In this document: piece by piece, positions 1 to 8,057 of the stretch | Numbering within the stretch: the first letter of the stretch is position 1 | How the letters are laid out: every line of letters begins with the position of its first letter | Origin: Candidatus Uhrbacteria bacterium | GTDB taxonomy: Bacteria > Patescibacteriota > Patescibacteriia > UBA9934 > GWF2-40-263 | Length of the DNA stretch: 64,000 nt | Assembly: GCA_026395055.1 (NCBI GenBank) | Contig: JAPLZK010000002.1 | Coordinates: 128,154-192,153 of the forward strand | Direction: 5' to 3' | Made by a program: the position numbers and the translations under genes | Notes under the pieces: model-generated | Told to the model about the DNA's origin: nothing | The model's database searches: none | Seen by the model: only the letters and a program-made list of their open reading frames with translations

Positions 1-1
1 T

Positions 2-703
2 AAAGATGTTTCGTTTCGCTACACAGAAGACAAAGAAGTTTTACACCACATAAATCTCACGCTTGAGAAAGGAAAGACCTATGCCCTTGTTGGGCCAACA
101 GGCGGAGGAAAGACCACAACCGCGTCACTCATGGCGCGATTATATGATCCAACAGATGGAGCCATTTTTTTTGAAGGTCGAGATATTCGCACATTCGATT
201 CGGTTGAGCGCACGCAAAAGATCGGATTCATTTTGCAAGAGCCTATTCTTTTTTCGGGAACGGTTCGAGAAAATATTTTGTACGGGAATGATTCGTACAA
301 AGATTTTTCAAACGAGGATCTCATAAAAGTTTTACATGATGCGGAACTTGAAAGTCTCCTCGTGCGATTCGATGGTGGACTTGAGGCAAAGGTTGCAACC
401 TCTGGGGATTCACTTTCGCTGGGACAAAAACAATTAATCGCGTTCATGCGTGCCGTGCTACGAAATCCCGAGTTGCTCATCCTCGACGAAGCAACCGCGA
501 ACATCGACACAGTTACCGAGCAGTTGCTCGAGGATATTCTGAAGAAACTTCCAAAGGAAACAACGCGTGTGATCATTGCACACCGTTTGAATACCATTGA
601 GAACGCGGACGAGATTTTCTTTGTGAACAACGGGGAGGTGTCGCTTGCAGGTTCCATGGAACACGCAGTGGACATGTTGTTGCATGGGAAGCGGGAAAGT
701 TAA
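2..703 (+). CDS. ABC transporter ATP-binding domain, C-terminal part (5' end outside window)
   Basis: Frame-2 translation carries Walker A GPTGGGKTT, the ABC signature LSLGQKQ, Walker B LLILDEAT and an H-loop (IAHRL). Stop at 701-703. Confidence 0.85.
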   Translation, partial: KDVSFRYTEDKEVLHHINLTLEKGKTYALVGPTGGGKTTTASLMARLYDPTDGAIFFEGRDIRTFDSVERTQKIGFILQEPILFSGTVRENILYGNDSYKDFSNEDLIKVLHDAELESLLVRFDGGLEAKVATSGDSLSLGQKQLIAFMRAVLRNPELLILDEATANIDTVTEQLLEDILKKLPKETTRVIIAHRLNTIENADEIFFVNNGEVSLAGSMEHAVDMLLHGKRES

Positions 704-721
704 TTTCGAAATGGATTATAA

Positions 722-748
722 GCAGGGTGTTCTCACCCTGCTTTTTGG
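722..748 (+). terminator. Rho-independent terminator after the ABC gene
   Basis: Hairpin aagcagggtg/caccctgctt followed by TTTTT. Confidence 0.6.
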
Positions 749-756
749 TTACAAAA

Positions 757-785
757 AACCCGCACATGTTAGGCGGGTTGAGACA
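757..785 (-). terminator. Rho-independent terminator for the minus-strand NUDIX gene (overlaps its stop codon)
   Basis: On the minus strand: acccgcctaacatgtgcgggt followed by TTTTTT. Confidence 0.55.
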
Positions 786-1332
786 GGAAGAACTGTCGGA
801 TGGCTTCCGTGTGGGTCGAGAAACAGGCCTCGACGGCTTCGTAGACGATGACGCGTTCGAGAACTTCGCTGTTTGGGACAAACGGAGCGAGGTCTTTTTC
901 GTGAATGGCGCCCGCGAGGCAGAAGCAGAGCAAGGATCTGTGGCCAGTTGCGCTTTCGTACGGATACGGGCGAAACGGTTCGAGAGTGGTTGGATCCGTG
1001 ATCGCCACACCTTCCTCGTCGAGTTCGCGTGCCGCGCCTGTGCGCCAGTTTTCGATCTCGAGGTAACCACCAGCAAGGGCAATTTCGCCAATACATGGTT
1101 TGATTCCTCGTCGTACGAGTGCGAGACCAACTTTTCCGTCTTTGCGAATAACGGGTTGCAGAACAACCATGACAGGAATGGGATTGTCCCAAAATGGGTT
1201 ACCGCATTCCTGACAGACGCGTGGCCAGGTTTTTGTTTGTGCGAAGGCAACTCCGCAACAGGACGAAAAACGATTGCGTTCATTTGGCATGAGGGATGAT
1301 CTCCTTTGGAACAAATCGTTGAGTTCGTTCAA
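769..1332 (-). CDS. NUDIX hydrolase with an N-terminal Cys-rich zinc ribbon (NudC-like NADH pyrophosphatase candidate)
   Basis: Cys pattern CC...C-x2-C ahead of a NUDIX box (GGYLEIENWRTGAARELDEEGV). Architecture resembles NudC. The start may be the internal Met (MPNERN). Confidence 0.6.
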   Translation of the reverse strand: MNELNDLFQRRSSLMPNERNRFSSCCGVAFAQTKTWPRVCQECGNPFWDNPIPVMVVLQPVIRKDGKVGLALVRRGIKPCIGEIALAGGYLEIENWRTGAARELDEEGVAITDPTTLEPFRPYPYESATGHRSLLCFCLAGAIHEKDLAPFVPNSEVLERVIVYEAVEACFSTHTEAIRQFFLSQPA

Positions 1333-1373
1333 CGATTTGTGAAAAGGGACGAGACATAGTCTCGTCGAGCGTT

Positions 1374-2525
1374 CTAGATTGCAAGCATACGATTGATGCC
1401 GAGTTTCGCTTGAGCCGCAATGGACTTTTGAATGTGCACCTCGCGTTCATTCGAGATTGGATTGCGCGGATCGCAGCAGTCGTCGCAAAGGACGATTTCA
1501 ATGCGATCCTGCTCCAGACTCACAAGCAATTTCTCAAACGAGTTCGCTTTCATGAATTTGCAGACGGCCTGATCACTCACAGGAACGAATTCTTTTTCCG
1601 GCATCGCTTTACGCAACCGGTAAATCATTCCGCTTTCGGTTGCGATGAGAAACCGTTTAGCGGGCGACACGCGCGCACGTTCGAGCATTTGAGATGTAGA
1701 AAGAAAGTAGGCGCGTTCTTTTGGAATCACTCCCGCATTCAATTTCATAAGACACGAGTTTGCACATCCGCATTCCGGATGAATGATGAGTTCTGCGTCC
1801 GGATCATCGTCCATCGCATTTTCAATCACGTGTTCGCCAATCTTCTCATGTACGTAACAGCAGGCGTGAAACCCGTTGAAGGATTCCATGTAGACGTCGA
1901 CGCGCTTCGGATCAACGCCAAATTGATTGGCGGCCTTTGTGCGCATGACGTAGCCCAGGAACTTATCTGGGCACACAAGAATTTGCGAGGTCGGATGTTC
2001 TTTTGCCGCGACCGCGATGACACGATCGGTATTGCCCGACGTGCAAATGTAATCGGAAATGCTTTTGAGGTACGCGTCTGAATTGATGTAGGTGATGACC
2101 ACGCCGTTTGGGTGGAGTCGTTTCCACTTCTCAATCCATGCATGGTTGGTTCCAAAGACGAGCGAACAGCCGAGGGCGTCCGGAGTATCTGGAACAAAGA
2201 CGCGTGTCTTGTCTCCCGAAATGATTTTTGCGGTCGCGCCCATAAAGAACACACTTTGGAAATCGACGCGCGGAGCTTTTCGTCGATCCACTTCACGACT
2301 GAGTTCAAGCGAATCGCCAACAAGGTCGGCGAGCTCATGAAACTCAGGTGGCAGATAATTGTGCGCAGCAATGAACGAGTGCTTCTCCGCTGCACGTGCA
2401 CGAATTTGGATGGCGAGCTCCGCGAGTTCACGACACCGATCGAGGGTGTAGACACCTGGATACAAATCCGAGGCGAATCGAGAAAAGTTGTCGTGGTACT
2501 GACGGGCAAGATCTACTGCATTCAT
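1374..2525 (-). CDS. nadA: Quinolinate synthase NadA
   Basis: 383-aa ORF with the NadA hallmarks: conserved His/Cys [4Fe-4S] ligand context (HPECGC, HACCYVHE) and the three-repeat NadA layout. Confidence 0.8.
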   Translation of the reverse strand: MNAVDLARQYHDNFSRFASDLYPGVYTLDRCRELAELAIQIRARAAEKHSFIAAHNYLPPEFHELADLVGDSLELSREVDRRKAPRVDFQSVFFMGATAKIISGDKTRVFVPDTPDALGCSLVFGTNHAWIEKWKRLHPNGVVITYINSDAYLKSISDYICTSGNTDRVIAVAAKEHPTSQILVCPDKFLGYVMRTKAANQFGVDPKRVDVYMESFNGFHACCYVHEKIGEHVIENAMDDDPDAELIIHPECGCANSCLMKLNAGVIPKERAYFLSTSQMLERARVSPAKRFLIATESGMIYRLRKAMPEKEFVPVSDQAVCKFMKANSFEKLLVSLEQDRIEIVLCDDCCDPRNPISNEREVHIQKSIAAQAKLGINRMLAI

Positions 2526-2597
2526 GGAGTCTCCTTCTGGAACAAGACATCGAATGATTCAATGGCTTGGGAAGAAAGGGGAGTCAACGAGAGGGAA

Positions 2598-2626
2598 AAT
2601 GTATCGATAAAAGAGCTTTATGTCAA
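2598..2626 (-). promoter_or_regulatory. Candidate sigma70 promoter for nadA
   Basis: On the minus strand: TTGACA, 17-bp spacer, TACATT, about 70 nt upstream of the nadA ATG. Confidence 0.5.
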
Positions 2627-2640
2627 TAAAGGCGGCCATC

Positions 2641-2722
2641 TTAGGGATTAGGGGTAAGGGGCGAGGGGTTCGTAAAGCCAATTGGCTACTAGTCCCTAAA
2701 CCCTAATCCCTTACCCCTCCCA
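2641..2722. repeat. G-rich/C-rich imperfect hairpin element (TTAGGG-like heptamer runs around a central GCCAATTGGC palindrome)
   Basis: ttagggattaggggtaaggggcgagggg ... gccaattggc ... ccctaaaccctaatcccttacccctccc. The two arms are approximately reverse-complementary. Related to the elements at 22748-22820 and 21041-21077. Confidence 0.7.
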
Positions 2723-2725
2723 CGA

Positions 2726-2754
2726 TTGACAAAATGCCCAAAATCGGGTAGGAT
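2726..2754 (+). promoter_or_regulatory. Candidate sigma70 promoter for mqo
   Basis: TTGACA (2726-2731), 17-bp spacer, TAGGAT. Followed by RBS aggagg and the ATG at 2796. Confidence 0.55.
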
Positions 2755-2795
2755 CCTCCCTCGTCTCAATGTGAAATGGCGAGTAGGAGGAAAGC

Positions 2796-4115
2796 ATGTA
2801 CGACGTAATTGTGATTGGCCACGGTGTTACCGGCGCAGGCTTGGAATGGGTCTTGAGCCGCTATTCGAATGCAACGCGCATTTTGGGTATCGAACGACGC
2901 AAGGGCGCCGGCATGGTGAACTCGAATGTCACAAACAATTCGCAAACGCTTCACAAGGGCGATATCGAAAGCAATTATCCGCTCGATAAAGCTTTGCAAG
3001 TGAAGTGGGGTGCGGATTTGCTCGGCGCGTTCGTTGATCAGAATTTGCCTCACGGCAAGCTTGTCATACCGAAGCAATTGATTGCTGTTGGTGATGAGGT
3101 CGATGAGCTCACGAAACGGTTTCATCAGTTCAAACCGCATTATCCGGACATTCAGTTGTTGGATGGAAACGGCATTGCCGAACTCGAACCGCTTGTGATG
3201 GAGGGGCGCGATCCGAAGCAAAAGATTGCGTCGCTCTACAGTCCTCGCGGTCACGCGGTGAATTACCATCTTCTCGCAGAGAAGTTTGTGGATCTCGCAA
3301 AGGCGAGTGGTAAAGAGATCGATATTCGCTACAACACATCTGTACAACGCATCGAACGTACTGCGCATGGGTTCAATGTTCATGCCGACGGTGTTGTACA
3401 TTCTGCGAAGTTTGTGAGCGTATCGGCCGGCTCTGCAAGCCTGCTCTTTGCTCACGCGCTCGGCTACGAGCTTGACCTCGCGCTTCTCCCCGTTGCCGGA
3501 AGTTTCTACACCAACAAGCGTGTTGGAGGATTGCTTCAGGGCAAAGTCTACACGATGCAGGATCCAAAACTGCCGTTCGCGGCCGTTCACGGAGATCCGG
3601 CTGTGTACAACACGGATGAAACGCGTTTCGGTCCCACGGCTCGTCCACTTCCGCTTCTCGAGCGCGATTCGTGGCGGACGCTCGCGGAATTTCTCGACAT
3701 CGGCACCGTGACCCCGCGTGGGATCTGGAGCCTTCTCAAGATCATCTCGGATCCGACCATTGGATCGTTCGCTCTTTGGAATATGGTGTTCGACATTCCG
3801 TGGATCGGCAAACATGCATTCCTGCGCGACGCGCGTAAGATCGTGCCGAGTCTCGGTATTGATGACATCATGCTCGACAAGGGCGCGGGTGGCGTGCGTG
3901 GTCAGCCGATCAGTTTGAAAACGGGTTCGATCGTAAAAGGTCGCGACCGTTTCATTCCGAAGGATGCGCCGATCGCCTTCACTCTCGCTCCGTCGCCCGG
4001 CGCATCCTATTGCCTTGGCAACGCGGTCGAACTCGCGCGCGCCATGGTCGAACGTGTTCCGGGATTTCAGTTTGATGAGCAACGTCTGCTCGCGGATCTG
4101 AAACTTGACGCGTAA
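2796..4115 (+). CDS. mqo: Malate:quinone oxidoreductase-family FAD-dependent oxidoreductase
   Basis: N-terminal FAD-binding motif DVIVIGHGVTGAG. Segment NNSQTLHKGDIESNY and especially PLVMEGRDPKQKIA closely resemble conserved Mqo blocks. Length 439 aa, shorter than E. coli Mqo. Confidence 0.65.
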   Translation: MYDVIVIGHGVTGAGLEWVLSRYSNATRILGIERRKGAGMVNSNVTNNSQTLHKGDIESNYPLDKALQVKWGADLLGAFVDQNLPHGKLVIPKQLIAVGDEVDELTKRFHQFKPHYPDIQLLDGNGIAELEPLVMEGRDPKQKIASLYSPRGHAVNYHLLAEKFVDLAKASGKEIDIRYNTSVQRIERTAHGFNVHADGVVHSAKFVSVSAGSASLLFAHALGYELDLALLPVAGSFYTNKRVGGLLQGKVYTMQDPKLPFAAVHGDPAVYNTDETRFGPTARPLPLLERDSWRTLAEFLDIGTVTPRGIWSLLKIISDPTIGSFALWNMVFDIPWIGKHAFLRDARKIVPSLGIDDIMLDKGAGGVRGQPISLKTGSIVKGRDRFIPKDAPIAFTLAPSPGASYCLGNAVELARAMVERVPGFQFDEQRLLADLKLDA

Positions 4116-4160
4116 GTATTTCTTCTAAGAGTCTCGCTTCGAGTCTCTTTTTTTTATGCA

Positions 4161-4190
4161 TTGACGTGAAGTTTTTTTTGTGAGAATATT
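4161..4190 (+). promoter_or_regulatory. Possible promoter for the 4217 gene
   Basis: TTGACG, 18-bp spacer, AATATT. RBS ggaga sits before the ATG at 4217. Confidence 0.35.
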
Positions 4191-4216
4191 TTGTCGCCTC
4201 GTTCTTTGGAGAAGCC

Positions 4217-4816
4217 ATGCTTGATTTGTTGATTGATGCCCATACGCATCCAGACCCTCTTGTCTTTCTGCGCATGTTTCGTGAAGATGAATCGGCGTAT
4301 CAAACCCTTTTGCAGATGTTGCGCTTTGTCCTGCATGAACGTGAGATTCAACCACCGTTTCATGTGGTCGATGTCCTTCATCGTCATCCATTCGTTGGTG
4401 GCGAGCAATTGGTGCCAGGTGGATTTCCTTCGCGCATCAAACGTCCACATCGTGAAGCGCGTCAGGTTGTCCCTGCCGTGTACACGGATTTCGATCCTGA
4501 ACGGGATTTGGAAACGCGTCGCTCTCAACTGTTTGCGATGTTTGAGGAGGATGATGACGTTGAAGATCCGGAAGCACGCTCGTTGCGAAAATCCATGCAT
4601 CAATTTTTCAGCTATGCGTTTTCACGTGGCGACCTGATCGCGTGTCATGAACCCATGCTGTTTGTTTCCGGTGGCGGATTTGCAATGCGTGAAGGAGGAT
4701 TCAGATCGCATCCAAGTGTCAAAAGTATTTTCTTCGTGCCAGATCTTCGCGCACAAGAATCTGGAAAACTCCGCCGTGGTATTAAACGCACACCACAGTT
4801 CTCTCATCCTTGCTGA
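4217..4816 (+). CDS. Hypothetical protein
   Basis: 199-aa ORF with an RBS, a plausible promoter upstream and a terminator immediately downstream. No recognisable family. Confidence 0.5.
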   Translation: MLDLLIDAHTHPDPLVFLRMFREDESAYQTLLQMLRFVLHEREIQPPFHVVDVLHRHPFVGGEQLVPGGFPSRIKRPHREARQVVPAVYTDFDPERDLETRRSQLFAMFEEDDDVEDPEARSLRKSMHQFFSYAFSRGDLIACHEPMLFVSGGGFAMREGGFRSHPSVKSIFFVPDLRAQESGKLRRGIKRTPQFSHPC

Positions 4817-4833
4817 CCTCGGTCAGTTTTTTT
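4813..4833 (+). terminator. Rho-independent terminator
   Basis: ctgacc-tcg-ggtcag followed by TTTTTTT. Confidence 0.6.
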
Positions 4834-4837
4834 GTAT

Positions 4838-4871
4838 CAAAAACACGCATCAAGGGATGCGTGTTTTTTTA
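4838..4871. terminator. Bidirectional terminator hairpin
   Basis: acacgcatc-aaggg-gatgcgtgt flanked by an A-run upstream and a T-run downstream. Confidence 0.6.
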
Positions 4872-4873
4872 CG

Positions 4874-5092
4874 CTATCTTTTCAGAATGAGTCCAAGATA
4901 AAAGATCCATGTGGCACCAGCGATCAGAAAGAGAAGTGAGCACGCAAGAATCCAAATCAGGAATGCGCCAAGGAACAGGGAAGTGCGGACATGAAATCCA
5001 AACCAGATTCCAAGGAGACAAAGTATACACATGACAAAGCTTCCAAATGCATACTTCCATTTATTTTTTCGCATGTCGTCTGTGATCGGCAT
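4874..5092 (-). CDS. Small hydrophobic membrane protein (hypothetical)
   Basis: 72-aa ORF with two predicted TM helices. Its start abuts the HU stop and a terminator follows it. Confidence 0.4.
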   Translation of the reverse strand: MPITDDMRKNKWKYAFGSFVMCILCLLGIWFGFHVRTSLFLGAFLIWILACSLLFLIAGATWIFYLGLILKR

Positions 5093-5094
5093 AG

Positions 5095-5385
5095 TTAAAC
5101 CGATCGTTTGCCTTTCAAGGTATCTTTCAAGGCTTTTCCCGCTTTAAACTTAGGCACGACAACAGACGGAATGGTGATGGGTTCGCTTGGTTTTTGTGGA
5201 TTCACTCCAATACGTCCTTTGCGTTCGCGCGCAGAGAAGGTGCCGAAACCCGCAATAGTGACTTCGCCACCGCTTGCGAGTTCTCTTGTAACGATCTCTT
5301 CAAAGAGGGCGATGAAATCATCGCCTAATTTTTTAGAGATCTGCAATTTTTCGGCGATGCGTGTCGCCAGTTCTGCTTTGTTCAT
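5095..5385 (-). CDS. hup: DNA-binding protein HU
   Basis: 96 aa with HU/IHF family motifs (GFGTF, arm RNPQKPSEPITIP, KAGKALKD). Confidence 0.85.
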   Translation of the reverse strand: MNKAELATRIAEKLQISKKLGDDFIALFEEIVTRELASGGEVTIAGFGTFSARERKGRIGVNPQKPSEPITIPSVVVPKFKAGKALKDTLKGKRSV

Positions 5386-5406
5386 ATTGCTCTTATTCTA
5401 CACGAT

Positions 5407-6966
5407 TTATCGAGCGTACTCAATGACACGTGTCTCACGAATAATGGTTACTTTGATTTCACCTGGATAGCTTAATTCGGATTCGATCTTGTTTGCGATG
5501 TCTTTTGCAAGTTGGTAGGACGCAAGATCGGTAATTTTTTCTGGATGAATGAAGACGCGAACTTCGCGTCCGGCTTGAATGGCGTAGACTTTTTCGACAC
5601 CTTCAAACGCGCTCGCTGTGCGTTCCAATTCTTCCATGCGCTGAATGAAGTTCTCGAGTGATTGCTTACGAGCACCAGGGCGAGCTCCGCTGATTGCATC
5701 CGCAGCTTTTACGATGGCACCTTCGATGGTGCGAGGTCGATCCTCATGATGAGCGATGGATTGGTAGCAAATTTCTTCTGGGAATCCAAACTTCTTCATG
5801 ATGTTGTATCCAATTTCTGGATGCGCCCCTTGCATGTCGTGATCCACAGCTTTTCCAATATCGTGGAACAATCCACCTTTTTTACAGACGAAGACATCTG
5901 CTCCAAGTTCTTCCGCCATCATTCCAGCCAAGGTTCCAACTTCAATAGAGTGTTGAAGAGCGTTTTGTCCGTAACTTGTACGGAAACGCATGCGACCTAA
6001 AATGGAAATGAGTTTTGGGTCAATAGAGGAAACGGGAATCCCAAGTTGATATAACGCATCTTCTCCATTTTTCTTGAGCTCCTGTGACAAAGATTTTTTT
6101 GCCTCCATGATAGATTCTTCAATACGTGCCGGTTGAATGCGTCCGTCTTTAATGAGGGCATCAAGCGCACGCTTCGCGACTTGTCGGCGAATAGGGGAGA
6201 ATCCACTGATCGTAATAATGTTTGGTGTGTCATCAACAATGATTTCTGTTCCGGTTTGAAGTTCGATGGCTTTAATGTTGCGTCCTTCTTTTCCGATGAT
6301 ACGTCCTTTCATTTCATCATTTGGAAGTTCAACAGCGGTTGTTGTTCCGTCTACGGAGACAGAAGAGGCGAAACGTGTGATGGCGAGCGAAAGAAGTTTG
6401 CGTGCTTTAATTTCGATTTCTTCTTCGGTCATTTCTTCCATTTTTCGCAAACGACTTTGGAGCGCTTCTTGTGAATCTACCTCGATTTGTTTCATGAGGC
6501 GATCTTCTGCTTGTTCCTTTGTAAGCTTGGCGATCTCTTGGAGTTTTTCGTTTTGTTCAAGTTTGATGATTTCGATGTTGAGTTTTACATCTTCAATCTG
6601 TTTCTTTTGATCTTCCAGTTTTGTTTTTTTGTCTTCGATCTCGATCAGTTTTTGATCAAACAGCTCTTCACGTTTTTCCAAGCGCTTTTGTTGTTCCTGA
6701 ACTTCACGACGTCGTGTTTGTTCTTCTTGTTTTGCTTCCTCAATGATTTTGATGGATCGTTCTTTTGCTTCGATCAATACGTCTTGCTGCTTTGCTTTTG
6801 TCTCTGCAAGGATTTCTTGTTGTTTGTTCTTGGCTTCGTTTAGAATTTTTTCTGCGCGATTTTCTGCGTCATCTGCCAGACGAGCCGCTTTTGCTTTGCG
6901 ATACGTATAACCCGCAGCTGCACCACCTCCGAGTCCGACAAGGAGGAGTAGGAATGAAATAAACAT
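5407..6966 (-). CDS. rny: Ribonuclease Y
   Basis: N-terminal TM helix, a long coiled-coil (KQQ.../EEE...), a KH domain (GRIIGKEGRNIKA) and an HD domain (HSIEVG...HDIGK). The start is probably the internal Met at about 6966 rather than 7035. Confidence 0.85.
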   Translation of the reverse strand: MFISFLLLLVGLGGGAAAGYTYRKAKAARLADDAENRAEKILNEAKNKQQEILAETKAKQQDVLIEAKERSIKIIEEAKQEEQTRRREVQEQQKRLEKREELFDQKLIEIEDKKTKLEDQKKQIEDVKLNIEIIKLEQNEKLQEIAKLTKEQAEDRLMKQIEVDSQEALQSRLRKMEEMTEEEIEIKARKLLSLAITRFASSVSVDGTTTAVELPNDEMKGRIIGKEGRNIKAIELQTGTEIIVDDTPNIITISGFSPIRRQVAKRALDALIKDGRIQPARIEESIMEAKKSLSQELKKNGEDALYQLGIPVSSIDPKLISILGRMRFRTSYGQNALQHSIEVGTLAGMMAEELGADVFVCKKGGLFHDIGKAVDHDMQGAHPEIGYNIMKKFGFPEEICYQSIAHHEDRPRTIEGAIVKAADAISGARPGARKQSLENFIQRMEELERTASAFEGVEKVYAIQAGREVRVFIHPEKITDLASYQLAKDIANKIESELSYPGEIKVTIIRETRVIEYAR

Positions 6967-7090
6967 AAAATAAAACTTCTCAAATCTTGAGAAGTTCAAA
7001 CTGGGCCCCGAGATGGCTCGAGGCAAAAAATTCAATGACGTTTGGAATTATCGCAAAAACAACTTCGTGTGAAGACTGAAGTCTCTGGAG

Positions 7091-7131
7091 CTCTCCCCTG
7101 CCTGAGGGGAGAGGAGGAGAGGGGTGGGAGG
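7091..7131. repeat. G-rich palindromic mini-element (CCCCTGC-loop-GGGGAG followed by a G-run)
   Basis: ctctcccctgcctgaggggagaggaggagaggggtgggagg. Member of the short hairpin plus G-run family. Confidence 0.6.
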
Positions 7132-7219
7132 CAAATTGTTTGTGATAGAAAAATCCATATTCATCGAACAGCCTGAACTTCTGAAGAACTTTTTTCTCAA
7201 GAATTACACAAAAAGAGTA

Positions 7220-7250
7220 CCAAAAAGCCGTTCTTACGTCAAACGGCTTA
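7220..7250 (-). terminator. Terminator of truB
   Basis: Minus strand: aagccgtt-loop-aacggctt followed by TTTTT. Confidence 0.55.
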
Positions 7251-7956
7251 AAAATGATTCTATTTGGATGAGGTGAGATTCGATGTTTGCAGGGTCGAGC
7301 TTGTCGAAGGTGAAAGCCTCTTCGATCTTGAATGGTCCGATCAGTGTCCGTCGAAGTTCAGAAACGTACCCACCAACCCCGAGTTTCGCCCCGAGATCCC
7401 GAGCGATCGAACGAATATAGGTCCCGGAAGAGCAGTGAATGCGGAGGCTTACTTCCCGCAATGCCCCTCCTGCAAAGGAAGGGTTGGGGGAGGTTTCGAG
7501 CGCATCAATCGAATAAATGGTCACTCTGCGTGGTTCCACGAGTGTTGGGGTTCCAGCACGAGCAAGTTCATAAAGCTTTTTTCCCTGGACTTTGATGGCT
7601 GCATACGTCGGCGGAACTTGGTCGATTTCGCCTATAAAAGTTTTCAGAGTTTCGTCGATTTGCTCTTTTGTCAGGTTTTCCGTCGAAACAGGCTCTGAAA
7701 TCTCACCCTTTATGTCGTCTGTGGTAGATGTGGCCCCCAAAACAAACGTCGCTTCATACCATTTATCGAGACCAACGAATTTTTGAAGCTCGCGGGTGCA
7801 TTCTCTGGAAACCGCAACCAAAAGCAACCCGGTCGCAAATGGGTCAAGCGTACCGGCATGGCCAATACGTTTTTCCTCCGTTAAACGGCGAAGTCGTGCC
7901 ACGACGTCAAAGGAGGTAATTCCTTCAGGTTTGTCGATAAGAATGAAACCTTTCAT
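7234..7956 (-). CDS. truB: tRNA pseudouridine(55) synthase TruB
   Basis: Motifs GHAGTLDP and LIDKPEGITSFDVV. The start is likely the internal Met (MKGFILIDKP). Confidence 0.85.
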   Translation of the reverse strand: MKGFILIDKPEGITSFDVVARLRRLTEEKRIGHAGTLDPFATGLLLVAVSRECTRELQKFVGLDKWYEATFVLGATSTTDDIKGEISEPVSTENLTKEQIDETLKTFIGEIDQVPPTYAAIKVQGKKLYELARAGTPTLVEPRRVTIYSIDALETSPNPSFAGGALREVSLRIHCSSGTYIRSIARDLGAKLGVGGYVSELRRTLIGPFKIEEAFTFDKLDPANIESHLIQIESFLSRLT

Positions 7957-8017
7957 AGATATTCGAATCATACGTGATGGATGATGGATTGACAAAAAGG
8001 TTCGACACGCATTTTCA

Positions 8018-8046
8018 TTGACCAAACAAGCTTTTTCTTTTATACT
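8018..8046 (+). promoter_or_regulatory. Candidate promoter for infB
   Basis: TTGACC, 17-bp spacer, TATACT, 12 nt upstream of the ATG at 8058. Confidence 0.5.
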
Positions 8047-8057
8047 CGCACCAACCT

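Noticed and set aside
1410-2081. 223-aa plus-strand ORF inside nadA
   Set aside because: Antisense to nadA, whose identity is well supported. No start signals.
2641-2722. Possibility that the G-rich repeats are a CRISPR array or eukaryotic-type telomere
   Set aside because: The units are contiguous heptamer-like runs forming hairpins, with no regular repeat-spacer periodicity and no cas genes. The copies are dispersed and partly intragenic, so they are interpreted as a miniature repeat element family.
2766-4082. 438-aa antisense ORF opposite mqo
   Set aside because: The plus-strand product has clear FAD-binding and Mqo motifs plus promoter and RBS. The antisense product is low-complexity.
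2796-4115. Idea that the FAD oxidoreductase next to nadA is an L-aspartate-oxidase (NadB) replacement
   Set aside because: Sequence blocks (PLVMEGRDPKQK, NNSQT..H) match malate:quinone oxidoreductase rather than the NadB/succinate-dehydrogenase flavoprotein family. The adjacency is more simply explained by a shared divergent promoter region.
6266-6843. Several 110-120-aa plus-strand ORFs in the rny region rich in Phe/Leu/Ser
   Set aside because: Antisense translation of the Lys/Glu-rich coiled-coil of RNase Y.
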